NCBI GenBank assembly: GCA_043826565.1
Contig: JBDRPX010000038.1
Location: forward strand, 70,334-134,333
Source: Candidatus Omnitrophota bacterium
GTDB lineage: Bacteria; Omnitrophota; Gorgyraeia; B26-G9
Reading direction: 5' to 3'
DNA: 64,000 nucleotides
Below, piece by piece: positions 1 through 10,520 of this stretch (position 1 is the stretch's first letter; the number at the start of each line of letters is the position of its first letter). Position numbers and translations under genes: made by a program. The notes under the pieces were generated by a model. That model searched no databases. It was given only the letters and a program-made list of their open reading frames with translations, and was not told the DNA's origin.

Positions 1-76
1 AGATGCTCATGGGCTGCGTGCCGCTATCGGGCAGTCAGAAAAGATTATTGAAAAATTTCTAAAAGAACTGGAGTAA
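1..76 (+). CDS. 3' end of a CDS truncated by the window edge (...DAHGLRAAIGQSEKIIEKFLKELE*), product unknown
   Basis: Open frame from position 2 to TAA at 74-76, ending 3 nt before hisD. The DAH could be a PHP-domain C-terminal motif, but the fragment is too short to call. Confidence 0.55.
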   Translation, partial: DAHGLRAAIGQSEKIIEKFLKELE

Positions 77-79
77 GCA

Positions 80-1300
80 ATGAAAGTCGTAAGATTTACC
101 GGGAAGACCTTGGAGAATATTTATAGCCGATCGGCAAAAAGAAAATTGCGGGTAAAAAATACTGTGGAAAGAATCCTCCATGATGTAAGCGTTAATGGAG
201 ATAAAGCTTTGATTAAATATACCAAGAAGTTTGACCGAGTTTCCTTAACTGCCCGGCAAATTAAAGTTAGTGAAGCGGAGACTAATGGGGCTTATCAGAA
301 TATTGATGCTGAACTCATTTCCAGTTTAAAGCTGGCGATTAATAATATTACGAGTTTTTATAAAAGACAGCTTAAAAAATCCTGGAGAATAAAACAGGAT
401 GACGGTGTTGTCTTAGGTGAAATCCTCCGGCCTATTGAAAAAGTAGGAGTATATGTTCCGAGTGGAACAGCGCCGTTGGTATCTTCCGTTTATATGAGTG
501 TTTTGCCGGCAAAAATAGCCGGAGTTAATGAAATATATTTGGCTACTCCGCCGAATGCTAACGGGGAAGTCAACCCCTATATTTTAGCTGTAGCAAATCT
601 TTTAAAGGTAAATGCGGTTTATAAAATCGGCGGGGCTCATGCTATCGCAGCTTTAGCTTTTGGAACAAAAGTTGTTCCCAAGGTAGATAAGATTGTCGGG
701 CCGGGTAATGACTATGTGACCGAAGCAAAGCGTCAGGTTTTTGGTTATGTTGATATAGATATGCTGGCCGGGCCAAGTGAAGTTGTGGTAATTGCTAATA
801 ATTTTGCTAATCCGGCTCATGTTATAGCTGATTTGCAATCTCAGGCTGAGCATACGCGGGGTATTGGGATTTTGATAACTACTTCCAAGAAATTAGCACG
901 GATTGTCCGCAATGAAGTTATAAACGGATATTGTATACTTGTTAAAAACCTAGATGAAGCGGTCGAGGTATCTAATAAAATTGCGCCGGAACATTTAGAA
1001 ATTTTGGTAAAACAACCCAATACATTGCTGAAAAAAATTAAAAATGCCGGAGCTGTTTTTGTGGGGCCGTATTCGCCGGTGGTTGTCGGTGATTATATCT
1101 CCGGGCCGAGCCATGTACTGCCGACATCCGGCACAGCTAGATTTTTCTCAGGGCTAGGGGTTAATGATTTTATCAAGAGTACACATCTAATAAGCTATAA
1201 TAAGAAAGCGTTGGAGAAAGTAGCTCCGGCAGTTGAGAAAATTGCGTCGCTTGAGGGTATGAAGAAACATATTGCTTCCTTAAAATCAAGGTTTGAATAG
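80..1300 (+). CDS. hisD: Histidinol dehydrogenase
   Basis: Motifs GVYVPSG, KIVGPGNDYV, IDMLAGPSE, SQAEH, APEHLE, GPSHVLPT. Confidence 0.97.
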   Translation: MKVVRFTGKTLENIYSRSAKRKLRVKNTVERILHDVSVNGDKALIKYTKKFDRVSLTARQIKVSEAETNGAYQNIDAELISSLKLAINNITSFYKRQLKKSWRIKQDDGVVLGEILRPIEKVGVYVPSGTAPLVSSVYMSVLPAKIAGVNEIYLATPPNANGEVNPYILAVANLLKVNAVYKIGGAHAIAALAFGTKVVPKVDKIVGPGNDYVTEAKRQVFGYVDIDMLAGPSEVVVIANNFANPAHVIADLQSQAEHTRGIGILITTSKKLARIVRNEVINGYCILVKNLDEAVEVSNKIAPEHLEILVKQPNTLLKKIKNAGAVFVGPYSPVVVGDYISGPSHVLPTSGTARFFSGLGVNDFIKSTHLISYNKKALEKVAPAVEKIASLEGMKKHIASLKSRFE

Positions 1301-1313
1301 ACGGGGTGATACG

Positions 1314-1946
1314 ATGATAGAAAAAAGAAGTTCGGAAATTATAAGAAAAACAAATGAAGTCGATATAAATGGGCAGTTGGTTATTGATGGCTGCGGACAG
1401 GCACAGATTAGTACAGGGTTTGAACCATTGAATCATTTGCTTACTCTTTTTGCATTTCATGGTTTGTTTGATTTGAAAATCCAGGCATCCGGTGATTTAC
1501 CGCATCATATAATTGAAGATTTGGGAATCGCTTTAGGTAAGGCCTTTAAACAGGCTCTGGGTGAAAAGGAAAGTATTAACCGGTATGGTTGTTTTACTGT
1601 AGCTATGGATAAGGTAGCTGTTGAAGTTGCTTTAGATATAAGCGGGAGACCGTCATTACAGGGAATAAAGTTAGGAAACAATGATGATGCTCAAGGTATT
1701 ATTCATGTTTTAGAGAATTCAACTTTTGATAATACGGATTTTACCTTTAAACATGCTGAGGAATTTTTGGAATCTTTCCTCCAGCACGCAGGGATTAGTC
1801 TTGTTTATATAATTAAATCAGGAGAAGGTGATTTGCATCATATTTTAGAGGCATTGTTTAAAGCCATGGGTAAGGCTCTTGATCAAGCAACAATGATAGA
1901 TATCCGAAGAAGCGGTGTTCCCTCAACAAAAGGGATAATTGATTAA
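1314..1946 (+). CDS. hisB: Imidazoleglycerol-phosphate dehydratase
   Basis: HHIIED and HHILE metal motifs, LDISGRP, C-terminal VPSTKG; start placed at ATG 1314 after GGGGTG. Confidence 0.95.
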   Translation: MIEKRSSEIIRKTNEVDINGQLVIDGCGQAQISTGFEPLNHLLTLFAFHGLFDLKIQASGDLPHHIIEDLGIALGKAFKQALGEKESINRYGCFTVAMDKVAVEVALDISGRPSLQGIKLGNNDDAQGIIHVLENSTFDNTDFTFKHAEEFLESFLQHAGISLVYIIKSGEGDLHHILEALFKAMGKALDQATMIDIRRSGVPSTKGIID

Positions 1947-1951
1947 CGATT

Positions 1952-2713
1952 ATGATTGTTATACCAGCTATAGATATTAGAAATGGGCGGGTTGTACGTC
2001 TTCTGCGGGGAGAGTATGATAAAGAAACCGTGTATGAGGAGTATCCGCTTACCATAGCTCAGAGATGGGCTAATGACGGTGCGGAGTTAATTCATATTGT
2101 TAACTTAGATGGTGCTCTTACCGGAGATCTTAAACAAATTAGTGTTGTTAAGCAGATTGTAGATGTTTTAAAGGTTAAGGTTCAATTCGGCGGCGGGATT
2201 AGGTCTGTCGATAATGTTAAAACAGTTTTTGATACCGGTGTATATAAAGTCATAGTTGGAACAAAAGCTTTTGTGGATGATAATTTTTTACCAATTGTTG
2301 TTAAAGATCCCCAATTGCAGGACAAAGTGGATAGAATTATTATCAGTATTGACTGCAAAAAAGACGTTTCTAGCGATGAGTATATCGTACAGCATACTGG
2401 TTGGACGGATGCTACTGATTATACTGCTAAGCAGGCATTGAAATATTTACAGGAGATGGGTATAAAAACTGCTGTGGTTACAGATATCAGTAAAGATGGA
2501 ACATTATCCGGTCCGAATTTCCAGTTTTTGGAGCAAGTACTTAAGGCAACGACATTAGATATTATCGCATCAGGCGGAGTGTCTAGTATTGAAGATATCG
2601 AAAATTTAAATATACTAGGTAATAAATACAGTAATCTTCAGGGAGTAATCATCGGCAAAGCTCTATATGAAGGAACAATTAATCTCAAGGAGGCTATTGA
2701 ATTATGCAGGTAA
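1952..2713 (+). CDS. hisA: ProFAR isomerase
   Basis: [50 protein letters not shown]. Confidence 0.96.
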   Translation: MIVIPAIDIRNGRVVRLLRGEYDKETVYEEYPLTIAQRWANDGAELIHIVNLDGALTGDLKQISVVKQIVDVLKVKVQFGGGIRSVDNVKTVFDTGVYKVIVGTKAFVDDNFLPIVVKDPQLQDKVDRIIISIDCKKDVSSDEYIVQHTGWTDATDYTAKQALKYLQEMGIKTAVVTDISKDGTLSGPNFQFLEQVLKATTLDIIASGGVSSIEDIENLNILGNKYSNLQGVIIGKALYEGTINLKEAIELCR

Positions 2714-3069
2714 AACGACCGTTGTGCAAACCGTTAAAATTAAAAAACATCAAATCTGTAAATGATCTTAAATTTGATGATAACGGGTTGATCCCAACTA
2801 TTGTGCAGGATATAAAAGATAAGCAGGTTTTAATGGTTGCTTATATGAGCAAAGAATCATTAAAGAGGACTCTAAAAACCGGACTGGCTACTTACTGGTC
2901 AAGATCCCGAAAATGCTTTTGGTTAAAAGGTGATACTTCCGGTCATTTTCAAGTAGTGAAGAAAATATATTTTGACTGTGATAAAGACACTATTTTGCTG
3001 GAGGTTAAACAGCTCGGGGTTGCTTGTCACACGGGGGAAAGGTCATGTTTCTTTACGCGCATGGCGTAA
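2704..3069 (+). CDS. hisI: Phosphoribosyl-AMP cyclohydrolase (no fused HisE)
   Basis: [30 protein letters not shown]. Confidence 0.95.
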   Translation: MQVKRPLCKPLKLKNIKSVNDLKFDDNGLIPTIVQDIKDKQVLMVAYMSKESLKRTLKTGLATYWSRSRKCFWLKGDTSGHFQVVKKIYFDCDKDTILLEVKQLGVACHTGERSCFFTRMA

Positions 3070-3073
3070 GAGT

Positions 3074-3174
3074 TCATGGCTCATAGCTGATAGCTTATAG
3101 GAAAAACAGGATTATGGTTTTATTTTAGAATTTTTGTTTTTAGTCTTATAACTTGGAACCTGTAACTTGTAACT
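3074..3174. repeat. Two short arrays of degenerate 7-bp tandem repeats
   Basis: TCATGGC-TCATAGC-TGATAGC-TTATAG (3074-3100) and TATAACT-TGGAACC-TGTAACT-TGTAACT (3147-3174). Confidence 0.7.
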
Positions 3175-3188
3175 TTTAATTTAAAATT

Positions 3189-4685
3189 ATGTATTATCCA
3201 TCAAAAAAAGAATTTAAAAAACTAAGTAAAAAAGGAAATTTAATTCCGGTTTATCGGGAGCTGGTTGCGGATTTGGAAACTCCAGTGTCGGCTTTTATGA
3301 AAATCGATACGGGAAGGTATTCTTATTTACTTGAATCAGTGGAAGGGCAGGAGAAAATTGCCCGGTATTCTTTTTTAGGCAGCAATCCGTCGTTATTGCT
3401 TAAAATAAAAGACAATAATGTTTGGATACATGAAAAAAGCGGATCTAAATTCAAAGAAAAAAAGTATAAGCTGGAAAAAGACCCTATTGAAGAAATAAAA
3501 AAAATTATTCAGCAGTATAAATTTGTTGATGTGCCCGGATTGCCCCGTTTTTGCGGCGGGCTTGTCGGTTATATTAGTTATGATACCGTAAGGTTTTTTG
3601 AAAAAATTCCCGATAAAAATCCGGATGATTTAAAATTACCGGATGCAGTTTTTATGCTAACTGATACAATTTTAATCTTTGATCATATCGCGCATAAAAT
3701 TAAAATCGTTTCCAATGTCCATATTCAGGATAAATCTGCTTCCGGCTTAGATGATATATACGAAAAATCCATAAAGAAAATTGATCATATTGCGGATATG
3801 CTTAGCCGTAAACTTAAGGCTCATCGTAAATCTAAACGATCCGGTGCGGTTAAAGTAAAGTCTAATATGACCAAAAGTGAGTTTAAGAAAGCTGTAGAAA
3901 AGGCAAAGAAATATATTATTGCCGGAGATATTATTCAGACAGTTATTTCACAGAGATTTAGTGCGAAGATCAGTATGCCGGCGATTGACTTATATCGTGC
4001 GTTAAGGACAATCAACCCTTCCCCGTACATGTATTATTTGAAATTGGGGGATATGAAAATTGTCGGGGCATCTCCGGAAGTTATGGTGCGTTGCGAGGCG
4101 AATATTGCGGAAGTCAGGCCCATAGCCGGCACGCGAAAAAGAGGTAAAGATGAAGATGAAGATAAAAAATTAAGTATTGAACTGCTGAATGATCCTAAAG
4201 AAAGAGCTGAGCATATTATGCTTGTGGACTTAGGGAGGAATGATCTGGGCAGGGTTTGTAAATTTGGAAGTGTGGTTGTTGAAGATCTGATGACTATTGA
4301 GAAATACTCTCATGTTATGCATATTGTCAGTGATGTGCATGGACAGATTGAAAAAGGAAAGAACGCTTTTGATGTTATTAGGGCAACTTTTCCTGCCGGA
4401 ACAGTATCCGGAGCTCCGAAAATTCGGGCAATGGAAATTATTGATGAGTTGGAAAATGTGCGGCGCGGCCCATATGCAGGAAGTATCGGATATTTTAGTT
4501 TTTCCGGCAATATAGATACATGTATTACGATCAGGACTATTGTTTGTAAAGGGAATAAAGCGTATGTCCAGGCCGGTGCCGGTATTGTTGCTGATTCTGT
4601 GCCGGAAAAAGAATATCAGGAAACAGTGAACAAGGCCCAAGCTATGTTAAAATCTATTGAAGTGGCTCAAGAGGGATTGTTATGA
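3189..4685 (+). CDS. trpE: Anthranilate synthase component I
   Basis: YLLESVEG, NPSPYMYY, PIAGTRKRG, KERAEHIMLVDLGRND, PAGTVSGAPK. Confidence 0.97.
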   Translation: MYYPSKKEFKKLSKKGNLIPVYRELVADLETPVSAFMKIDTGRYSYLLESVEGQEKIARYSFLGSNPSLLLKIKDNNVWIHEKSGSKFKEKKYKLEKDPIEEIKKIIQQYKFVDVPGLPRFCGGLVGYISYDTVRFFEKIPDKNPDDLKLPDAVFMLTDTILIFDHIAHKIKIVSNVHIQDKSASGLDDIYEKSIKKIDHIADMLSRKLKAHRKSKRSGAVKVKSNMTKSEFKKAVEKAKKYIIAGDIIQTVISQRFSAKISMPAIDLYRALRTINPSPYMYYLKLGDMKIVGASPEVMVRCEANIAEVRPIAGTRKRGKDEDEDKKLSIELLNDPKERAEHIMLVDLGRNDLGRVCKFGSVVVEDLMTIEKYSHVMHIVSDVHGQIEKGKNAFDVIRATFPAGTVSGAPKIRAMEIIDELENVRRGPYAGSIGYFSFSGNIDTCITIRTIVCKGNKAYVQAGAGIVADSVPEKEYQETVNKAQAMLKSIEVAQEGLL

Positions 4686-5260
4686 TTTTATTAATCGATA
4701 ATTATGATTCATTTACTTATAATCTTGTGCAATATTTTGGTGAATTAAAACAAAAAATAAGTGTGGTAAGAAATGATAAAACAACTCTAGATAAGATTAC
4801 CAGGCTTAAGCCGGATCATATTGTGATTTCTCCCGGGCCTTGTACTCCGAAAGAAGCCGGCTTATCCTGTGCTATTGTGAAAAAATTTGCCGGAAAAGTC
4901 CCTTTATTGGGCGTTTGTCTGGGGCATCAATGTATTGGGTATGCGTTCGGAGCAAAAATAGTCAAAGCCAATGTTTTAATGCACGGGAAAACTTCAAGAA
5001 TTTTCCATGATAAGAAATCAATTTTTAAAAATATTCCCAATCCGTTTGTTGCCACTAGATACCATTCGCTTATTATTAAGGAAAATACATTGCCGGATGT
5101 TTTTAAGATAACGGCGCGTACTAAAGAGGGTACAATTATGGGGATCGAGCACCGTAAGTTTCCAATTTGGGGAGTGCAATTTCATCCGGAAGCGATATTA
5201 ACAGTTGAGGGCAAACACATTCTGGCAAACTTTTTAAACGAGAGGCAGGAGAATGATTAA
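4682..5260 (+). CDS. trpG: Anthranilate synthase component II (glutamine amidotransferase)
   Basis: IDNYDSFTYNL, SPGPCTP, GVCLGHQ, GVQFHPE. Confidence 0.96.
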   Translation: MILLIDNYDSFTYNLVQYFGELKQKISVVRNDKTTLDKITRLKPDHIVISPGPCTPKEAGLSCAIVKKFAGKVPLLGVCLGHQCIGYAFGAKIVKANVLMHGKTSRIFHDKKSIFKNIPNPFVATRYHSLIIKENTLPDVFKITARTKEGTIMGIEHRKFPIWGVQFHPEAILTVEGKHILANFLNERQEND

Positions 5261-6272
5261 AGACGGAATCAAGAAAGTTGTCGTTAAGGAAAGTTTGTCT
5301 CAAGGAGAAATGGAGCAAATTTTTTCTCAAATCATGAATGGAGAAACAACTCCTGCGCAAATTGCCGCTTTTATTGTCGGATTACGGATGAAAGGGGAGA
5401 CAGTTGATGAAATTACCGGAGCGGCTAAAATAATGAGGGAGTTTGCGTCAAAGGTAAATGTCAAGAGTGCTATTATATTGGATACTTGCGGAACCGGGGG
5501 GGATCGAAAAAATACGATCAATATCTCTACTTTAACCGCATTGGTGGCCAGCGGTGCCGGAGTAACTGTTGCCAAGCATGGGAATCGCAGTGTTTCTAGT
5601 AAATCAGGAAGTGCGGACTTACTCGAAGAATTAGGAGTTAATCTTGGAGTTGATGTCAGTGTAGTCGAAAAATGCGTAAATGATATCGGTATCGGTTTTT
5701 TGTTTGCGCCTAATTTGCATAAAGCAATGAAATATGCTATTGGCCCAAGAAGAGAAATCGGGGTCAGGACGATTTTTAATATTCTCGGCCCGCTGACTAA
5801 TCCGGCAGAGGCTACGCATCAACTGCTGGGGATATTCGATCGGGATTTGTGTGCGCCGATTGCTAATGTTTTAAAAAATCTGGGGGTAAAACATGCGGTT
5901 GTGGTGCACGGTGTTGATGGAGTTGATGAAGTAAGCACTGTTGCTGAAACACACGTTTGTGAATTAAAGGACGGGGAAATAACTAGTTATGAAGTAACTC
6001 CTGAGCAATTTGGTATCAAAAGAACAACTATCGAGAGTTTACAGATTTCCAGTCCCGCAGAAGGTGCGGAAAAAGCATTGGAAATTTTAGACGCAAAGAA
6101 GGGGCCGATGTATGATGCGGTTCTTTTAAATTCAGCATTTGCTATATATGCGGCTGATCAGACGGTGACCGTGGAAGAGGCTATGTTGCTTGCTCAAGAA
6201 AGTTTAGATGAAGGAAAGGCAAAAGAAAAACTTAACCTGCTAATAAAATATACTAATGAAAACAATTCTTGA
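5253..6272 (+). CDS. trpD: Anthranilate phosphoribosyltransferase
   Basis: DTCGTGGD, KHGNRSVSSKSGSAD, RTIFNILGPLTNP. Confidence 0.97.
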   Translation: MIKDGIKKVVVKESLSQGEMEQIFSQIMNGETTPAQIAAFIVGLRMKGETVDEITGAAKIMREFASKVNVKSAIILDTCGTGGDRKNTINISTLTALVASGAGVTVAKHGNRSVSSKSGSADLLEELGVNLGVDVSVVEKCVNDIGIGFLFAPNLHKAMKYAIGPRREIGVRTIFNILGPLTNPAEATHQLLGIFDRDLCAPIANVLKNLGVKHAVVVHGVDGVDEVSTVAETHVCELKDGEITSYEVTPEQFGIKRTTIESLQISSPAEGAEKALEILDAKKGPMYDAVLLNSAFAIYAADQTVTVEEAMLLAQESLDEGKAKEKLNLLIKYTNENNS

Positions 6273-7047
6273 TAAAATAGTTGAAGAGAAAAAAAAAGAG
6301 ATAAAGATCGCAAAACAAAATATTTCTCGAGCTGAGATATTAGAGAAGCTAAGTAAAAAGAAAATTAACTGCCGGGATTTTAAAAAGTGCCTGGTTGCCG
6401 GTAATCGGATTAATTTTATTGGTGAGCTTAAGAAAGCTTCTCCGGTTAAGGGGGTTTTGCGCAAAGAGTTTGACCTGATTAAAACAGCATTAATATATGA
6501 AAAAGAAAATATTAGTGCTATTTCGGTTTTAACTGATAAACATTTCTGCGGGAGTCTTTCGGACGTCAAAAAAGTCAAAAATGCAACAACTTTACCTGTT
6601 TTACGCAAAGATTTCATTATCGAAGAGTATCAATTATATGAGTCCTTGCTGGCGAGAGCGGATGCAGTGCTTTTGATCGCTTCGATTTTACCAAAGAATA
6701 CGCTTACTAAAATGCTTAAAATTGTCCATTCATTAGGGATGAGTGCCTTGGTGGAAGTGCATAATCAACATGATATTGAAAAAGTTGATTTTAGACATGC
6801 AGATATTATAGGTATAAATAATCGAGATCTTAGGAATTTTAAAACTGATTTACATATAACTGAAAAATTATTAAAAAAGATTCCTTTTGGTAAGATTGTT
6901 ATTAGTGAAAGCGGAATAAAGAGCCGGGCACAGGTACGTTTTCTGGAGGATTTGGGGGTCAATGCCCTGCTTATTGGCGAAGGTATTGTTCGGTCGAAAG
7001 ACATAACCGCGAAGATCCGAAATCTACAAGGGAGAAAAAATGCCTAA
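6256..7047 (+). CDS. trpC: Indole-3-glycerol phosphate synthase
   Basis: ELKKASP, ISVLTD, LRKDFI, GINNRDL, SESGI. Confidence 0.96.
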   Translation: MKTILDKIVEEKKKEIKIAKQNISRAEILEKLSKKKINCRDFKKCLVAGNRINFIGELKKASPVKGVLRKEFDLIKTALIYEKENISAISVLTDKHFCGSLSDVKKVKNATTLPVLRKDFIIEEYQLYESLLARADAVLLIASILPKNTLTKMLKIVHSLGMSALVEVHNQHDIEKVDFRHADIIGINNRDLRNFKTDLHITEKLLKKIPFGKIVISESGIKSRAQVRFLEDLGVNALLIGEGIVRSKDITAKIRNLQGRKNA

Positions 7048-7663
7048 GGTCAAAATTTGCGGTATAACCAATAAGCGCGATGCCCTTAATGCTGTAAAAT
7101 TGGGGGCTGATGCAATTGGTTTTATGTTTGCCAAAAGTCCTCGCAGAATATCTGTTGACACAGCGGCAGGTATTATTAAAGAATTACCGCCGTTTGTTTC
7201 TACGGTTGGTGTTTTTGTTGATGCGGATAAAGAGAAGGTTTTGTCTATACTTAAAAAGTGCAAATTGGATGTACTGCAATTCCATGGGCAGGAAAATGAT
7301 AACTACTGTCTTTTCTTTAAAAAATATTGTAAAATAATAAAAGCATTCCGGCTGCAGGATCATAATTCCTTAAAACTGATCCGCAAGTATAAAAACATTG
7401 ATGCTATTCTTTGTGATAGCTTTGATGCGAAAAAGATCGGAGGGACCGGTAAGGTTTTTAAATGGGATTTGCTAAAAGGGGTTAAATTTAATAAACCTTT
7501 AATAATTGCCGGAGGTGTTTCTTCTATAAATGCAAAGGGAATAGTTGGGTTATTAGCACCTTTTGCCTTGGATATTTCCAGCGGAGTGGAATCGTCTCCG
7601 GGAAAAAAAAGCGAGAGAATGATGCGTGATTTTATGAACGAGGTTAACAAAATAACACTTTAA
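7040..7663 (+). CDS. trpF: Phosphoribosylanthranilate isomerase
   Basis: VKICGIT, QFHG, GGTG, DISSGVESSPGKK. Confidence 0.96.
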   Translation: MPKVKICGITNKRDALNAVKLGADAIGFMFAKSPRRISVDTAAGIIKELPPFVSTVGVFVDADKEKVLSILKKCKLDVLQFHGQENDNYCLFFKKYCKIIKAFRLQDHNSLKLIRKYKNIDAILCDSFDAKKIGGTGKVFKWDLLKGVKFNKPLIIAGGVSSINAKGIVGLLAPFALDISSGVESSPGKKSERMMRDFMNEVNKITL

Positions 7664-7673
7664 AAGCAAAAAA

Positions 7674-7757
7674 GTGAGAGTTGAGAATAGATGATTGAAA
7701 ATTGTAAAAGCCAGTCAGTGATTTTTCAATATTCAATATTCAATGCTCAATTTTCAA
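7674..7757. repeat. Inverted pair of 7-bp tandem repeat arrays (potential long hairpin)
   Basis: GTGAGAG-TTGAGAA-TAGATGA-TTGAAAA-TTGTAAA, a spacer, then TTTTCAA-TATTCAA-TATTCAA-TGCTCAA-TTTTCAA. Confidence 0.8.
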
Positions 7758-7774
7758 ACTTGATGAGGTGATTT

Positions 7775-8536
7775 ATGAATGAAAGAAAAGAAAAGATGAA
7801 TGTGAAAAAATTCTCTGAGAATGATATTCAAAAGAAGCTTTATGGTGATACCGGATTTAAAAAGAAAACAATCGCTAAAGAAAAAGAGGATATGCACGAG
7901 AATAATGAGGCTTATTTGGATAAGGATATTCAGGAAGAGATAGATGCCTTAAAGACGGCGATAACAAATCTTGAGCAAACACTTAAAAAAACAGAAGGGC
8001 AAAAAGAACGGTTAAAGAAGAAGCTTGTACAGCGAAGATTTGTGATAAATTTGAAGGATCGAGTTCTAAATAATATTATAAGCAAAGTTCCTGAAAAAGT
8101 TATAATTCTGATTCCGGTGTTGGTTATTATCTTGCTTATGATTATAGTTTTTAACTTGCACAATGAAACTGCCCCGGTTACAACAACTGATGTTACTGTA
8201 GTAGAGGAAGTTATAAATGTTCCCCAAAAGAAAATAGCGGTTGCTTCGGCAAAAGAACCTGATTCCGAAAAAGTTGGTATTGGTGAAAAAAAGTATACAC
8301 TTCAGGTTGCCGAATATTCTAATGAGCAGGCCGCAGTTAAGTTTGTTGGCGACTTGGAACAACAAGGATTCACCGTGGCACTTAAGACAATATATCGCGG
8401 GGATGATAAAAGTCGTCCATATTTTAAAGTTAATGTGGGCGTATTCGGATCTTTTAATGAAGCCAAGAAGTTCATGGAAGCATTTGAAAGAAAAACAGGA
8501 ATAAAGGATTCTTTCATAAAACAGGAGATTAACTAG
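7775..8536 (+). CDS. SPOR-domain membrane protein (coiled coil, one TM, C-terminal SPOR)
   Basis: Hydrophobic segment [18 protein letters not shown]; C-terminal [14 protein letters not shown]...[14 protein letters not shown]. Confidence 0.85.
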   Translation: MNERKEKMNVKKFSENDIQKKLYGDTGFKKKTIAKEKEDMHENNEAYLDKDIQEEIDALKTAITNLEQTLKKTEGQKERLKKKLVQRRFVINLKDRVLNNIISKVPEKVIILIPVLVIILLMIIVFNLHNETAPVTTTDVTVVEEVINVPQKKIAVASAKEPDSEKVGIGEKKYTLQVAEYSNEQAAVKFVGDLEQQGFTVALKTIYRGDDKSRPYFKVNVGVFGSFNEAKKFMEAFERKTGIKDSFIKQEIN

Positions 8537-8538
8537 AG

Positions 8539-9723
8539 ATGGCAATAATGCCTGATTATAACGGATATTTTGGTCCTTTCGGCGGTAAGTTTGTCCCGGA
8601 AACCTTGATGGCGGCCTTAAAGGAGCTTGAAATTTATTATAAAAGTTCGCAAAAAGATCGTCATTTTCAAAAACAATTACAATTCTATTTGAAAGAGTTT
8701 GCCGGAAGGCCGACGCCTTTATATTATGCGCAAAGGCTAAGTTCATATCTGGGAATCAAAGTTTATTTAAAAAGAGAAGATTTGCTTCATACCGGTGCGC
8801 ATAAAATTAATAATACTCTCGGGCAGGTACTGTTGGCGATGAAAATGAAAAAAAAACGTATCATCGCAGAAACCGGAGCCGGGCAGCACGGAGTGGCAAC
8901 TGCGGTTGCTGCGGCACGTTTTGGTTTTGAGTGTGAAGTTTTCATGGGAGAAGAAGATATGCATCGGCAGGAATTAAATGTTTTTCGGATGAAGCTGCTT
9001 GGGGCAAAAGTCTCTTGTGTGTCTTCCGGAAGCAAGACTTTGAAAGATGCTACTAATGAAGCTATCCGTAATTGGGTGAGTAATGTTCGAACTACACATT
9101 ATATCCTGGGATCAGTTGTCGGACCACATCCTTATCCGGTTATGGTACGTGATTTTCAGTCGGTTATCGGCAAGGAAGCGCGAGTGCAGATATTAAAAAA
9201 AGAAAACAGGCTTCCGGATTATTTACTTGCGTGTGTCGGCGGCGGAAGTAATGCGATTGGACTTTTTCATGCGTTCTTTAATGATAAGAAAGTAAAAATA
9301 TGCGGTGTAGAAGCTGCCGGCTGTGGATTATCTTCAGGCAAGCACTCTGCCAGTTTATCTTGTGGCAGAGTCGGAGTGCTCCATGGAAATAAGAGTTATC
9401 TTTTACAGGACGCTGACGGTCAGATAAAAATTGCACATTCTGTTTCCGCGGGACTAGATTATCCCGGGGTCGGCCCGGAGCATTCTTATTATAAAGATAT
9501 CGGGAGGGCAACATATGTTGGGATAACAGATAAGGAAGCTTTGGGGGCTTTAAAGAAACTTTCTCAGCTGGAAGGAATTATCCCGGCACTTGAATCGGCA
9601 CATGCAGTTGCTTATTTACTTAAGGCGGCAAAAAAGATGAGAAAAAATAGTGTTGTAATATTATGCTTATCCGGCAGAGGGGATAAAGACATGGAAATGG
9701 TTTCAACTTTGAAGGTGCTCTAA
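8539..9723 (+). CDS. trpB: Tryptophan synthase beta chain
   Basis: [40 protein letters not shown]. Confidence 0.98.
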   Translation: MAIMPDYNGYFGPFGGKFVPETLMAALKELEIYYKSSQKDRHFQKQLQFYLKEFAGRPTPLYYAQRLSSYLGIKVYLKREDLLHTGAHKINNTLGQVLLAMKMKKKRIIAETGAGQHGVATAVAAARFGFECEVFMGEEDMHRQELNVFRMKLLGAKVSCVSSGSKTLKDATNEAIRNWVSNVRTTHYILGSVVGPHPYPVMVRDFQSVIGKEARVQILKKENRLPDYLLACVGGGSNAIGLFHAFFNDKKVKICGVEAAGCGLSSGKHSASLSCGRVGVLHGNKSYLLQDADGQIKIAHSVSAGLDYPGVGPEHSYYKDIGRATYVGITDKEALGALKKLSQLEGIIPALESAHAVAYLLKAAKKMRKNSVVILCLSGRGDKDMEMVSTLKVL

Positions 9724-10520
9724 TGAATAGAATTGATGCGAAAAATGCATTACTTAAAAAAAATAAGAAAAAAGCTTTTGTTGCCTATATTACTGCCGGA
9801 TTCCCTAATACGGCTGTTACGGAAAAACTAATCCCTGTTCTCGAGAAAAATGGAGCGGATTTTATTGAATTGGGTATGCCGTTCTCGGACCCGATAGCCG
9901 ATGGCCCGACGATCCAGAAATCTTCATACATTGCTTTAAAAAACGGCATGACCATGAATAAATTTTTCAGGCTGGTAAGAAATGTGCGCAAAAAGTCACA
10001 GGTACCGCTGATAATGATGACCTATTATAATCTTATTTACAATTATGGATTTAAAAGATTCGCGGAAATTGCCAGGAAATCAGGACTTGATGGGGTAATT
10101 GTCCCGGATTTGCCGATTGAGGAAGCGCAGGATTTAAATGAAAATTTAAGGTCAGAAAAAATATCATTAATTTTTCTAATTTCTCCGGTAACCGAAAAAT
10201 CGCGCATGAAAAAAATCTCTAAAGTTTCCGAAGGATTTATTTATTATGTTTCTTTAACCGGAGTAACCGGTGTTCGGGATAAGCTTCCGGATGATTTAGT
10301 TGAAAATGTGAGGCTCATAAAAAATGTTACCAAGAAACCTGTTTATGTCGGTTTTGGAGTGTCTACCTCGGAACAAGTCAAGCAGGTTTCCGAGACGGCA
10401 GATGGGGTTATTGTCGGTAGCGCGATAATAAAAGCGATTACGGAAAATTACGGGAAAAAGGATTTTTTAAAAAAAGTTGGCCGATTTATTGCGGCGCTTA
10501 GTAAGGGAGTTAACGGATGA
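9723..10520 (+). CDS. trpA: Tryptophan synthase alpha chain
   Basis: ELGMPFSDPIADGPTIQ, VSLTGVTG, GFGVS, IVGSA. Confidence 0.97.
   Translation: MNRIDAKNALLKKNKKKAFVAYITAGFPNTAVTEKLIPVLEKNGADFIELGMPFSDPIADGPTIQKSSYIALKNGMTMNKFFRLVRNVRKKSQVPLIMMTYYNLIYNYGFKRFAEIARKSGLDGVIVPDLPIEEAQDLNENLRSEKISLIFLISPVTEKSRMKKISKVSEGFIYYVSLTGVTGVRDKLPDDLVENVRLIKNVTKKPVYVGFGVSTSEQVKQVSETADGVIVGSAIIKAITENYGKKDFLKKVGRFIAALSKGVNG

Noticed and set aside
1952-2713. Bifunctional PriA (HisA/TrpF) given the adjacent his and trp genes
   Set aside because: A dedicated trpF is present at 7040-7663.
3070-3188. Possible trp attenuator or T-box upstream of trpE
   Set aside because: No Trp-codon leader peptide, T-box motif or terminator/antiterminator pair is visible.
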